Shown here in pieces: positions 19,563 through 28,932 of a DNA stretch of 64,000 bases. Every line of letters starts with the position of its first letter. Positions within the stretch are counted from its first letter, which is position 1. The stretch comes from Omnitrophica WOR_2 bacterium GWF2_43_52 (lineage in GTDB: Bacteria; Omnitrophota; Gorgyraeia; Gygaellales; UBA12090), in NCBI GenBank assembly GCA_001805445.1, contig MHGF01000025.1:338-64337 (forward strand), read 5' to 3'. The notes under the pieces were generated by a model. The model was not told where the DNA came from. It ran no database searches and worked only from the letters and a program-made list of their open reading frames with translations. A program made the position numbers and the translations under genes.

Positions 19563-20863
19563 GCGCGTTTTGCGGTTTGCGATATAACCCCACGCTCGTT
19601 AAAAAAATAGAAAAAGTAGTATGCCCGCCCTATGACGTTATTTCCCCGGAGCAGCAGAATAAACTCCATGCATCAAGCCGCGATAATTTTATCCGTCTCA
19701 TTTTAGGTAAGGCAAAGCAAAGTGATACCTCCAGGCATAATAAATATACCCGCGCGGGAGATTTCTTAAAGGAGGCTATCAGAAAAAAAGTATTCGTTTG
19801 CGACAGCCTGCCAGCTATCTATCTCTATGAACAGGAGTACAGGGTAGCCGCTCAGGGCTATAAGCGCCTTGGTTTTATTGCCCTTCTTCGGCTTGAGCCG
19901 ACAGGAAAAGGGGTAGTGTTTCCTCACGAGAAGACTTTTTGTAAGCCCAAACAGGACAGGCTTTCCCTGCTTAAGGCGACGCAGGCAAATCTCTGCCCTA
20001 TCTTTGGGCTCTATGATGCCGATGATGCCGCTGTCGACGCGCGCCTCAGAAAGCATGCCAAGGCAAAACCGCTCTATGATTTTTTCTTTGAGGGAATAAG
20101 AAATAAACTTTGGAAAATAGAAGACCGGGAATTTATCCGCGGGCTTACGCAAGCGATGGCCGATAAACAGATTTTTATCGCTGACGGCCATCATCGCTAT
20201 GAAGTAGCCAGCCTTTATCATAGGCTAGCGCGCAAGCGTACCGTGGCGCGCTCGCGGAGTGATTATGTGATGATGTATTTTTGTAACCTCAGGAACCAAG
20301 GCCTCAGAGTGTTGCCAACGCATAGGGTAGTACGTAATGTCAGCCAGGAAATTATTTCTCAACTACCGGCATTGTTAGAAAACTATTTCAAGCTAAGCCC
20401 TTGCGCGAATTTACCCGAGCTTCTTCTCCAGCTTAAAAAAAGGGCAGGCCGGCGCGCCTTCGGACTTTTTTTAGGAGCAAACCGGTTTTACCTGCTTGAT
20501 GTTAGGGCTACTCCGGCAAAAAAGAAACCCGTGGTTTCCCAAGGAGATTATTGCTATAATAACTTAGATGTTGTTTTGCTGCATAGTTTAGTTTTTAGCA
20601 AACTACTGAAACTAAAAAAGCAGCATCATCACGATGCGGATATTGTGTATGCCCGGGATGAAAAGCAAGCCGTTAGTTTAGTAAAAAGCAAAAAATACCA
20701 GGCAGCATTTTTTATGAATCCGCCAAGCCCTCGGGAAATCAGCTCTATCGCGCGCTGCTTTAAAAAGATGCCGCATAAGTCAACGTATTTTTATCCTAAG
20801 CCGGTTTCAGGGCTGGTGATAAACATGCTCAAGAAAGAGCTGCCAGTAGAGAGTAGAGAGTAG
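19550..20863 (+). CDS. DUF1015-family protein
   Basis: N-terminal 'FCGLRYNP...PPYDVIS' is characteristic of DUF1015. Confidence 0.6.
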   Translation: MAEISAFCGLRYNPTLVKKIEKVVCPPYDVISPEQQNKLHASSRDNFIRLILGKAKQSDTSRHNKYTRAGDFLKEAIRKKVFVCDSLPAIYLYEQEYRVAAQGYKRLGFIALLRLEPTGKGVVFPHEKTFCKPKQDRLSLLKATQANLCPIFGLYDADDAAVDARLRKHAKAKPLYDFFFEGIRNKLWKIEDREFIRGLTQAMADKQIFIADGHHRYEVASLYHRLARKRTVARSRSDYVMMYFCNLRNQGLRVLPTHRVVRNVSQEIISQLPALLENYFKLSPCANLPELLLQLKKRAGRRAFGLFLGANRFYLLDVRATPAKKKPVVSQGDYCYNNLDVVLLHSLVFSKLLKLKKQHHHDADIVYARDEKQAVSLVKSKKYQAAFFMNPPSPREISSIARCFKKMPHKSTYFYPKPVSGLVINMLKKELPVESRE

Positions 20864-20915
20864 AAAGTAGAAAGTAGAAAGTAGTAACTAAATTACTTAC
20901 TACTCTCTACTATTT
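20845..20915. terminator. Hairpin built from AGTAGAR heptamer tandem repeats and their inverted copy, between the DUF1015 gene and accD
   Basis: 'agtagagagtagagagtagaaagtagaaagtagaaagtag' ... 'cttactactctctactattt'. Confidence 0.45.
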
Positions 20916-20938
20916 ACTCCCGAAGGTAGTGAGGGAAG

Positions 20939-21775
20939 ATGCCGTTATTTAAGCCTAAATATACAATAGTCAAAGTAAAAAAGAAAGAAATTCCTGAGGG
21001 CTTATGGACTAAGTGTGAGGATTGTTCAGCTCCTATTTACAATAAGAACCTTGAGGAGAGCCTTAAGGTATGCCCGAAATGCGGGTATCATTTTATGCTT
21101 ACTGCCGGAGAGCGGCTGCAGTTGCTTATTGATGAAGGAACTTTTCGTGAATATGACCCAGATATGGTTTCGGCAGATCCTTTAGGATTTAAAGGGCCAA
21201 AAACCTATTGTGATAAGCTTAAAAGCGACCAGGAGATAACGGGGTTAAAGGACGCTGCAGTAAGCGGTGAAGGAACTTTAAATAGGAAAAAAATTGTAAT
21301 TGTTGTCACCGATTCCCGCTTTATTATGGGCTCAATGGGTTCAGTGGTGGGAGAAAAGATTACCAGGGCAGTCGAAAAGGCAACCAGTATGAAGGTCCCT
21401 GTAATTATTGTTTCCGGCTCTGGCGGCGGAGCGCGTATGTATGAAGGGATGTTTAGCCTGATGCAGATGGCAAAAACCTCAGGCGCGCTTGCTTTGCACC
21501 AGAAAGCAGGGCAGCTGTATATTTCAATTTTGACAAATCCCACAATGGCGGGGATTTTGGCATCATTTGCCAGCCTAGGCGATGTTATCATCGCTGAACC
21601 AAAGGCGTTAATAGGTTTTACCGGCCCGCGAGTTATTGAACAGACGATACGCCAGAAACTGCCTGCCGGTTTCCAAAGCTCAGAGTTCCTTTTGGAGCAT
21701 GGCCATATTGATATGATTCTGCAGCGCAAACAGATGAAGGCAGTGGTAAGCCAGCTGATTGATTATCTGAGTTGA
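20939..21775 (+). CDS. accD: Acetyl-CoA carboxylase carboxyltransferase beta subunit
   Basis: N-terminal C4 zinc ribbon and a carboxyltransferase domain. Confidence 0.85.
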   Translation: MPLFKPKYTIVKVKKKEIPEGLWTKCEDCSAPIYNKNLEESLKVCPKCGYHFMLTAGERLQLLIDEGTFREYDPDMVSADPLGFKGPKTYCDKLKSDQEITGLKDAAVSGEGTLNRKKIVIVVTDSRFIMGSMGSVVGEKITRAVEKATSMKVPVIIVSGSGGGARMYEGMFSLMQMAKTSGALALHQKAGQLYISILTNPTMAGILASFASLGDVIIAEPKALIGFTGPRVIEQTIRQKLPAGFQSSEFLLEHGHIDMILQRKQMKAVVSQLIDYLS

Positions 21776-21925
21776 CATCTTTTCGGAATCTACTATAATA
21801 TATTTCACCTGAAAGGCTCTGCTGTTGTGTATACTTTGACCAGCGATAAAGTATGTAGAGTAATTCCGAGGGATGGTGAATGTGTGTGACAGGATAGCTT
21901 GATGCAAAACTAAAAAAGAGGAAAA

Positions 21926-23029
21926 ATGGCACAAGTAAGCTTAAAGGATGTTTCTAAGGTATATCCGGGAGGGGTTACCGCGGTAAATAAAGTAAGCCTT
22001 GGCATTGAAAATAAGGAGTTTATGGTCCTCGTCGGGCCTTCTGGTTGCGGTAAGTCCACAACCTTACGAATGATCGCAGGCTTAGAGGAGATAAGTTCCG
22101 GGGAATTATACCTTGGAGATAAACTGGTCAATGATGTCCCGGCAAAAGACCGTGATATCGCCATGGTATTTCAGAATTATGCCTTATATCCTCATATGAC
22201 CGTATTTGAAAATATGGCATTTGGCTTAAAGCTCAGGCGTTATCCAAAAGCAGAGATAGAGAAACGGGTTAACGACGCCGCGGGAATTTTAGGGCTTAAA
22301 CGCCTCTTTAGCCGCAGGCCGAAGGAATTATCCGGCGGAGAGCGCCAGCGTGTCGCGGTTGGCAGGGCAATTGTAAGGAAACCTCTGGTATTCTTGTTTG
22401 ATGAGCCTTTGAGTAACCTTGACGCGAAATTGCGCGTGCAGATGCGTACGGAAATTCATAAGCTCCACCTTCGCTTGGCGACTACTATGATTTATGTAAC
22501 CCATGACCAGACAGAAGCTATGACTATGGGGGATCGCATCGCGGTAATGAAAGACGGGCTGGTGCAGCAAGTGGCTGATCCTATTACTATCTATGACCAT
22601 CCGGTCAATAAGTTTGTGGCCAGTTTTATCGGTTCTCCTCCCATGAATTTTATGCTTGGAAGGATTATTAAGAAAGACAGCCGTTTCTATTTTGATGAAG
22701 GTAAAATCAAGGTGAAGATTGTCGAGGAAATGAATAGGATTATTGCTTCTTACGCGGGTAAAGAGATTTTCCTCGGTATACGTTCAGAAGATATTTACGA
22801 TAAGCTTTTTGTTTCAACCGCTCCTCCCGAAAATATTGTCCGCGCGACCTGTGAAGTTGTTGAACCGCTGGGCTCCGAGGTCTACTTATATCTTAATACC
22901 GGAAAACATAGTTTTATCGCGCGGGTCGGCGCTCATGACCGTCCTTTGATCAATCAGGATATGGATCTCGTTTTTGATATGAGTAAAGTCCATTTCTTTG
23001 ATAAAGATACAGAAGCTACCGTTGTTTAA
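21926..23029 (+). CDS. Sugar-type ABC transporter ATP-binding protein (MalK/UgpC/MsmK family). It is an orphan with no adjacent permease.
   Basis: Walker A 'GPSGCGKST', signature 'LSGGERQRV', and a C-terminal MalK-like regulatory domain. Confidence 0.8.
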   Translation: MAQVSLKDVSKVYPGGVTAVNKVSLGIENKEFMVLVGPSGCGKSTTLRMIAGLEEISSGELYLGDKLVNDVPAKDRDIAMVFQNYALYPHMTVFENMAFGLKLRRYPKAEIEKRVNDAAGILGLKRLFSRRPKELSGGERQRVAVGRAIVRKPLVFLFDEPLSNLDAKLRVQMRTEIHKLHLRLATTMIYVTHDQTEAMTMGDRIAVMKDGLVQQVADPITIYDHPVNKFVASFIGSPPMNFMLGRIIKKDSRFYFDEGKIKVKIVEEMNRIIASYAGKEIFLGIRSEDIYDKLFVSTAPPENIVRATCEVVEPLGSEVYLYLNTGKHSFIARVGAHDRPLINQDMDLVFDMSKVHFFDKDTEATVV

Positions 23030-23124
23030 CCCGGATTTTAAAAGGCGCTCTTAAACAATCTATGTTTCTTCCATTCGTATCATATCCCTGGCGATAAAAC
23101 GCAGGAATATTTAAGAGGGAGCCT

Positions 23125-24351
23125 ATGTCCCCCAATGGGCACCTTTTTATGGCTTACCTTACACATCCGTCCATAGTAGCGAGCCTTGCCTTTGTTTCTT
23201 TCCTTATAGCCGTATCGTTCATACAGAAAAAGAATAAAAAAGAGTATTCGCTAAAAGCAGAGCTTGAAGACCTGCAAGGGCGGATAAATATCGCCAGCCA
23301 ACAGCTCGAGGTTGAAGAGTCGCGAAGCCGAGCCCTCCGTTTTAAACTGAGGCGTTATGACGCCTTATCTCTTTTTACCGAGAAACTTAATCAGAATTTA
23401 TCCTTGGACGATACTCTTGCTATGTTGCTAGGCCAAACCCTCATCCTTCTTGGCCATGAAAAGACTATCTGCATGGTGTATTCTGTAGATAGCTCCTCAG
23501 GAGAGGTGGTATTGGAGGCAGCCAAAAACAATACGACAGAGTATTCGTTTGTTAAGGGAAAAGACAGCGATATGTTTAACCAGTGGGTAGTAAAACATAT
23601 GCAACCGTTATTAGTTGAAGATACGGTAAATGATTTTCGTTTTGACATAAAAAAACTAAAAACAGCGGCTGCCTTTCCCATAGGTTCACTTATCGCCTGC
23701 TGTCTTGTAAGCCAAAATAGTCCTCGGGGCATCGTGCGTTTAGATTCTCCCTATGCTAAATCATTTACTCTTGAGGATCTGAGGGTCTTAAACACTATCG
23801 CGGATATCGCAAGCGTAGCCATAGATAACGCGCGGTATTACCAGCATTTAAAGGAATTGGTGGTTAAGGATTCACTCACCGCGCTCTATACCCGCGCTTT
23901 TATTCTCGAGAAGCTTAAGGAGGAATTACAGCGTGTCAATAGCGCCACAGGCGGTTTAGCAGTTATGATGATAGATATAGATTACTTCAAGCAGTATAAC
24001 GATCTCTACGGCCATGTGGCCGGAGACTCTGTGCTAAAGAATTTAAGCGCGTGGTTGGGCGGATATATAAAGCCGAAGAACGCTCATCTGGGCCGTTATG
24101 GCGGCGAAGAATTTTTGATCATTGTCCCGTCTTGCACCAAACAGGAAGGGTTTAGTTTGGCTGAGACTATCCGTAGTTTTGTCCAGGAGAAAAAGATGAT
24201 GGTGCGGCGCAAAGCGACTGCCATTACTGTTTCAATAGGTGTTGCTCACTGTCCCCAGGATGCCGCGTCACTTTTGGAGTTGCTCCATAAGGCGGATACG
24301 GCATTGTATGAGGCAAAAAAATTGGGTAGGAATAGAGTATGCTTATTCTAG
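23125..24351 (+). CDS. Membrane-anchored coiled-coil/GAF-like sensor diguanylate cyclase (GGDEF)
   Basis: An N-terminal transmembrane segment and an intact 'RYGGEEF' active site. Confidence 0.8.
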   Translation: MSPNGHLFMAYLTHPSIVASLAFVSFLIAVSFIQKKNKKEYSLKAELEDLQGRINIASQQLEVEESRSRALRFKLRRYDALSLFTEKLNQNLSLDDTLAMLLGQTLILLGHEKTICMVYSVDSSSGEVVLEAAKNNTTEYSFVKGKDSDMFNQWVVKHMQPLLVEDTVNDFRFDIKKLKTAAAFPIGSLIACCLVSQNSPRGIVRLDSPYAKSFTLEDLRVLNTIADIASVAIDNARYYQHLKELVVKDSLTALYTRAFILEKLKEELQRVNSATGGLAVMMIDIDYFKQYNDLYGHVAGDSVLKNLSAWLGGYIKPKNAHLGRYGGEEFLIIVPSCTKQEGFSLAETIRSFVQEKKMMVRRKATAITVSIGVAHCPQDAASLLELLHKADTALYEAKKLGRNRVCLF

Positions 24352-25328
24352 GGGTTTTCTTTGGAATCCTTATCGCTTCCATGGTGATGTGGTGGATTTG
24401 GAACACAGGGAAGCGAAGCGTGCAGGCTTTGTCTATCGCTTCTTTGGCCAAGCGTGATTTGCTCGAAGTTATCGGGACTAGGCTGCAATATGCCCAGGAG
24501 TCAAATGCTAAAATAGCAGCTTCTGTAGAAATGGAGTCGGCCCTCTATGAGGTTACCAAGGAGCTTTCGAAGCCTCTTGAGGAAGAAGATATACTGAATA
24601 CGTTTCGAGAGAAGATAACCGCGCTTTTTAATCTCAGTGAGGCAGAATTTGTTGAATCTCCTGACGCAAGCGGCAAAAGTGTGTTCAGGATTTCGGCCAA
24701 TCAAAAGACATATTATTTTGCTGTTAGGGATTCCGTGAGCGTAAATAGGGTTAAGATGATGGTAATGGTAAACCAGCTTGAGCTTTTCTTAAAGCGCGCG
24801 GAGCTATATAGGGAAATACAGGAACTTTCAATTACCGATAGCCTGACCGGTGTCTACGTGCGGCGGTATTTTATGGAGAGATTTAAAGAGGAACAGGTGC
24901 GAGCAAAGCAGAATAACCTGGCGTTATCATTTTTGATTATCGACGTAGATAACTTTAAAACCTACAATGACACCTATGGACATATCACAGGAGATTTTAT
25001 CTTAAGGGAAATTGGGCGCATTCTTAGCGGCTCTTTACGCCAGATTGATATGTGCGCGCGCTATGGCGGAGAAGAATTTTGTATCATGTTACCTGAGACT
25101 ATTAAAGAAAAGGCCTACTTGGTAGCAGAACGCATCCGTTTAAATATGGAAAAGGCCAGAATAAGTGCTTTCCATGAGCGTTTCAACTGTACCATCAGTA
25201 TAGGAGTATCATCATATCCTGAAGACGCGGAACAGATCAGCCGGTTAATTGATAAGGCGGATAAGGCCCTTTATATCGCGAAGGCCAAAGGCAGGAATAG
25301 AGTCTGCGCGTTCGGCATTAAATGTTAG
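24339..25328 (+). CDS. Membrane-anchored diguanylate cyclase (GGDEF)
   Basis: 'RYGGEEF' motif. It overlaps the upstream DGC gene by 13 nt. Confidence 0.8.
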   Translation: MLILGVFFGILIASMVMWWIWNTGKRSVQALSIASLAKRDLLEVIGTRLQYAQESNAKIAASVEMESALYEVTKELSKPLEEEDILNTFREKITALFNLSEAEFVESPDASGKSVFRISANQKTYYFAVRDSVSVNRVKMMVMVNQLELFLKRAELYREIQELSITDSLTGVYVRRYFMERFKEEQVRAKQNNLALSFLIIDVDNFKTYNDTYGHITGDFILREIGRILSGSLRQIDMCARYGGEEFCIMLPETIKEKAYLVAERIRLNMEKARISAFHERFNCTISIGVSSYPEDAEQISRLIDKADKALYIAKAKGRNRVCAFGIKC

Positions 25329-25497
25329 CGCGCCGGGAATATGGAGAGTAACCGGCCAGTTATCAGTGGCCAAAGGAAATGGGTACTGTCCCCGCCTGCG
25401 GCGGGGCCACCCATTTCCCCCGTTTAGCGACCGATTACTATGGAGATAATTTTCTGCTTGCAAAGGGGGATGTTTTAGGTTACAATACACCTCTCTT

Positions 25498-26430
25498 ATG
25501 GTTAAAAACTATATCATTGGCATAGACTTAGGCGCGACGAACATAAAAATCGGGTTAATCAGAAAAAGGCGGATAGTTTTGCGCGCTGTTGTGCCTACAG
25601 CTACTTTTGGTATAAAGGAAAATCTTATCGCCGGCCTTTCTAACGCGGCAAGCGGCCTTTTCTTGGAAGCGGATATCACTAAAAATAATGTGGCTGGTAT
25701 TGGTATCGGTGTTCCCGGGCCTGTTGATTTTTCTAGAGGTGTAGTCCATTTTTTCCCCAATATAAAAGGCTGGTGTAATGTTGCCCTAAAATCGATTATG
25801 CAAAAAAAGACGCATTTACCGGTAGTGATTGATAATGATGCCAATCTGATGAGTTTAGCGGAAACTCGTATCGGCGCGGCAATAGGGTTAAAGAATGTTA
25901 TTGGCATTACCCTTGGCACAGGGGTAGGGGGAGGGATAATCATTAACGGAGAGCTTTATCGCGGCAGTAGCTTTTGTGCCGGTGAGGCCGGCCATATTCC
26001 TCTTAATGAGGCTGGCCCGAAATGTAACTGTGGTGGCCGCGCCTGTATCGAGCGCTATGTCGGGAATAGATATATCTTAAGGAATGTCAGAAAAACCTTT
26101 GGTAAAGGTATTAATTTGGAAGCTCTAAGCCGTTTAGCCCATCAGGGGAATGCCAAAGCTATTGGCATATGGAATGGTGTTGCCTGCCACTTGGGGGTGG
26201 GGCTTTCCGGAATAATCAATTTTCTTAATCCTGACGCGGTAGTTATTGGCGGCGGGGTTTCTAATGCCGGCAAGTTTATTTTTGATAAGGCTAGGGAAGT
26301 CATAAAGGAAAGATCCATGCCTACCCAGGCAAAAACAGTTAAGATCCTTAAGGCAAAATTAGGCAATGACGCTGGTATGATAGGCGCGGCTTTATTGGTT
26401 GAAGAAACATTGGTAAAAAATGAAAAGTAA
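25498..26430 (+). CDS. ROK-family sugar kinase (glucokinase-like)
   Basis: 'IGIDLGATN' and a ROK zinc motif 'CNCGGRAC'. Confidence 0.75.
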   Translation: MVKNYIIGIDLGATNIKIGLIRKRRIVLRAVVPTATFGIKENLIAGLSNAASGLFLEADITKNNVAGIGIGVPGPVDFSRGVVHFFPNIKGWCNVALKSIMQKKTHLPVVIDNDANLMSLAETRIGAAIGLKNVIGITLGTGVGGGIIINGELYRGSSFCAGEAGHIPLNEAGPKCNCGGRACIERYVGNRYILRNVRKTFGKGINLEALSRLAHQGNAKAIGIWNGVACHLGVGLSGIINFLNPDAVVIGGGVSNAGKFIFDKAREVIKERSMPTQAKTVKILKAKLGNDAGMIGAALLVEETLVKNEK

Positions 26431-28711
26431 GCCTTCAATACTGTTTTTAGCTCTCCTGATTTCATTATCTGGGTATTCTTTCGCTTTCGCGCAGGAAGAT
26501 TTAAAAATAGGGGAAAATGTTCAGCCGTCAGATACTCGTGATGCCTCGTCAGGGCTTTTAACTGCCGCTCAGGAGGAAGGAGATAAGCGTACGCCTGTTA
26601 AGGCACTTTCAGGGGATTCCGAAAATACCCAGGAAAAACAGCCGATAATTATTAATGCCGATACAATTGAATACTCAAAAGAAAAAAATGTGGTTACTTT
26701 AGAAGGCAATGTGAAGCTTATCAAGGAGAATTCGGTTTTAACCTGCGATAAGGCGACCGTTAATACCGCCACCAACGAAGCCCATGCCCAAGGCCATGTC
26801 ATTTTAGAAGACGGCCAAGGCGTGATTAAGGCAAACTCTTGCGATTACAATTTTAAAACAAAAACCGGCCAGGCATTTGATGCTACCATAGCATATCATC
26901 CTTATTTTGGCTCAGGGAAAATCGTGCGTAAGGTATCCGAAAACGAAATAGAGATTAAAAACGGCTATTTTACCACCTGCGATAAAGAGCAGTCTCCCCA
27001 TTATAGGATACAAAGCCGCTTGTTGAGGTTATTCCCTAACGATAAGGTCACTGCCAAGGCCATGACGATGCGGGTAGCCAATACTCCCATATTCTATATG
27101 CCGAAGTTTACCCAGAACTTAAAGGATGACCGGATGCATGTTGAGGTTAGCCCTGGTAAAAATAAGGACTGGGGCTTGTTTCTTTTAACCGCATGGAGAT
27201 ATGACCTTCTGCCTGATTCCGGTGGCAGGGTGCACCTTGATTATCGGGAAAAGAAAGACTTTGCCTGGGGTATTGATAATTATTATGATACGAAAAAAGC
27301 GGGCAAAGGGTATGTCAAGACTTATTATATGAACGAGCGGACTATTGGCAGAAAGCATCTGTATTCTTATCCGGTTAACCTTAAGGCAACAAGCGATACT
27401 CAGCGTTATCGTATTCAATGGCGCCATAAATGGGATATAGATAAGAATACCTATTGGCTGGCGGAGTATCATAAACTAAGCGATACAAAATTCATCAAAG
27501 ATTATTTTTTCCGTGAGTATGAAAAGGATAAGCAGCCTCTTTCGTACCTGGTGTATAACCGTATCCTTTCAAATCAATCTTCTACATTTAGCATCCTAAC
27601 TCAAAAACGGACTAATCGTATTTTTTCAGAAACAGAAAAGTTGCCGGAGATAAAATTAGATAACGCCACTACCCAGATTTTGGAGTCTCCTTTTTACGTA
27701 AGTAGTAATGTTTCGTATGTAAGTTTTAACGAAAAAATAGCGACCACGCCAGAGAATGCTGGGCGTTGGGATGAAGATGATGCTAGTCAGAGAGAGGATC
27801 TGTATAAGCGATTCTCATTACCTTTCAAATTAGCTTTTCTTGAGCTGAATCCTTTCGCAGGTAGCCGCGAAACGTATTTTCGCCGTATCTCTGGTAGGGA
27901 TGTAGGTGTTTTTAGGGAAGTCTGGGATAGCGGAATTAGCCTTACCACAAGATTTTACAGGATATTTGATGTCGATACTGATATTGTGGGCATGGAAATT
28001 AGCAAGTTGCGGCATATTGTCAGCCCTAATATTAATTACTCGTATATTCATCCCCCGACAGTTTCTTCAACAAAACTTTTACAGTTTGATGGTATAGATG
28101 CCATAGGTGAGTCAAATCAAATAGCATTCTCATTAGAAAATAAACTGCAAACCAAGCGGCGCAATAAAACTGTTGATTTCTTGCGCTTAATCGTGGATTC
28201 AAATTATTTTTTTAATGTTGAAGGGCGTAATCGGAATTGGAGCGATACTATTAATTTTGACCTGGAGATGCTTCCCTATGATTGGATGAGGTTTGAATCA
28301 GATGCTACTTATAACCATGAGAAGGATTATTTTTCTTATGCTAATTTTGACGCGACGGCATCCGGCAAGGGGCTTTCTGTTGGCGGCGGCTATCGTTATG
28401 AAAGAAAGTCCAGCAGCCAGATGACCGGAGAAATCATCTGCAATTTAATCAAAGGCTGGTCTTTTAAAGTGTATGAAAGGCTGCAATTTAAAGGAAACAG
28501 CCTTTTAAAGGAACAGACCTATAGTATTTCAAAAGAGCTCCATTGCTGGATTCTTGATGTTAATTATAATGTGGTGCGCGAGCGCGGGGAAACGATATGG
28601 TTTGCCTTAAGGCTCAAGGCTTTCCCGGAGATGTCGATTGATTATAACCAGAATTACCATGACCCTAAGCCGATGTCGCAGGGATATGCTGAGGGCAAGG
28701 CGGCTGATTAG
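26420..28711 (+). CDS. lptD: LPS-assembly outer-membrane protein LptD (OstA-like N-terminal domain plus beta-barrel)
   Basis: Signal peptide, an OstA/LptA-like jellyroll and a long beta-strand-rich C-terminal region. Confidence 0.65.
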   Translation: MKSKPSILFLALLISLSGYSFAFAQEDLKIGENVQPSDTRDASSGLLTAAQEEGDKRTPVKALSGDSENTQEKQPIIINADTIEYSKEKNVVTLEGNVKLIKENSVLTCDKATVNTATNEAHAQGHVILEDGQGVIKANSCDYNFKTKTGQAFDATIAYHPYFGSGKIVRKVSENEIEIKNGYFTTCDKEQSPHYRIQSRLLRLFPNDKVTAKAMTMRVANTPIFYMPKFTQNLKDDRMHVEVSPGKNKDWGLFLLTAWRYDLLPDSGGRVHLDYREKKDFAWGIDNYYDTKKAGKGYVKTYYMNERTIGRKHLYSYPVNLKATSDTQRYRIQWRHKWDIDKNTYWLAEYHKLSDTKFIKDYFFREYEKDKQPLSYLVYNRILSNQSSTFSILTQKRTNRIFSETEKLPEIKLDNATTQILESPFYVSSNVSYVSFNEKIATTPENAGRWDEDDASQREDLYKRFSLPFKLAFLELNPFAGSRETYFRRISGRDVGVFREVWDSGISLTTRFYRIFDVDTDIVGMEISKLRHIVSPNINYSYIHPPTVSSTKLLQFDGIDAIGESNQIAFSLENKLQTKRRNKTVDFLRLIVDSNYFFNVEGRNRNWSDTINFDLEMLPYDWMRFESDATYNHEKDYFSYANFDATASGKGLSVGGGYRYERKSSSQMTGEIICNLIKGWSFKVYERLQFKGNSLLKEQTYSISKELHCWILDVNYNVVRERGETIWFALRLKAFPEMSIDYNQNYHDPKPMSQGYAEGKAAD

Positions 28712-28932
28712 TTATTGCCGGGAAACCTTATTTTCAGTGTTTAAAATTGATTTTTCCAGTGTAAACTAATGCATTGTTACATAAGTCCTTTGATAGATAT
28801 GATGGTAAAAATGGGTCCTGTCCAGGTTATGTTTTCGCCCCGCCTACGGCGGGGCTCAAACACAACCCGGCCACCAATTTTTACAGCTATTTTAAGAAAC
28901 TTATGTAACAATGTACTAATCAAGGAAAGAAA

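Noticed and set aside
21205-21729. 174-aa minus-strand ORF
   Set aside because: It is antisense to accD.
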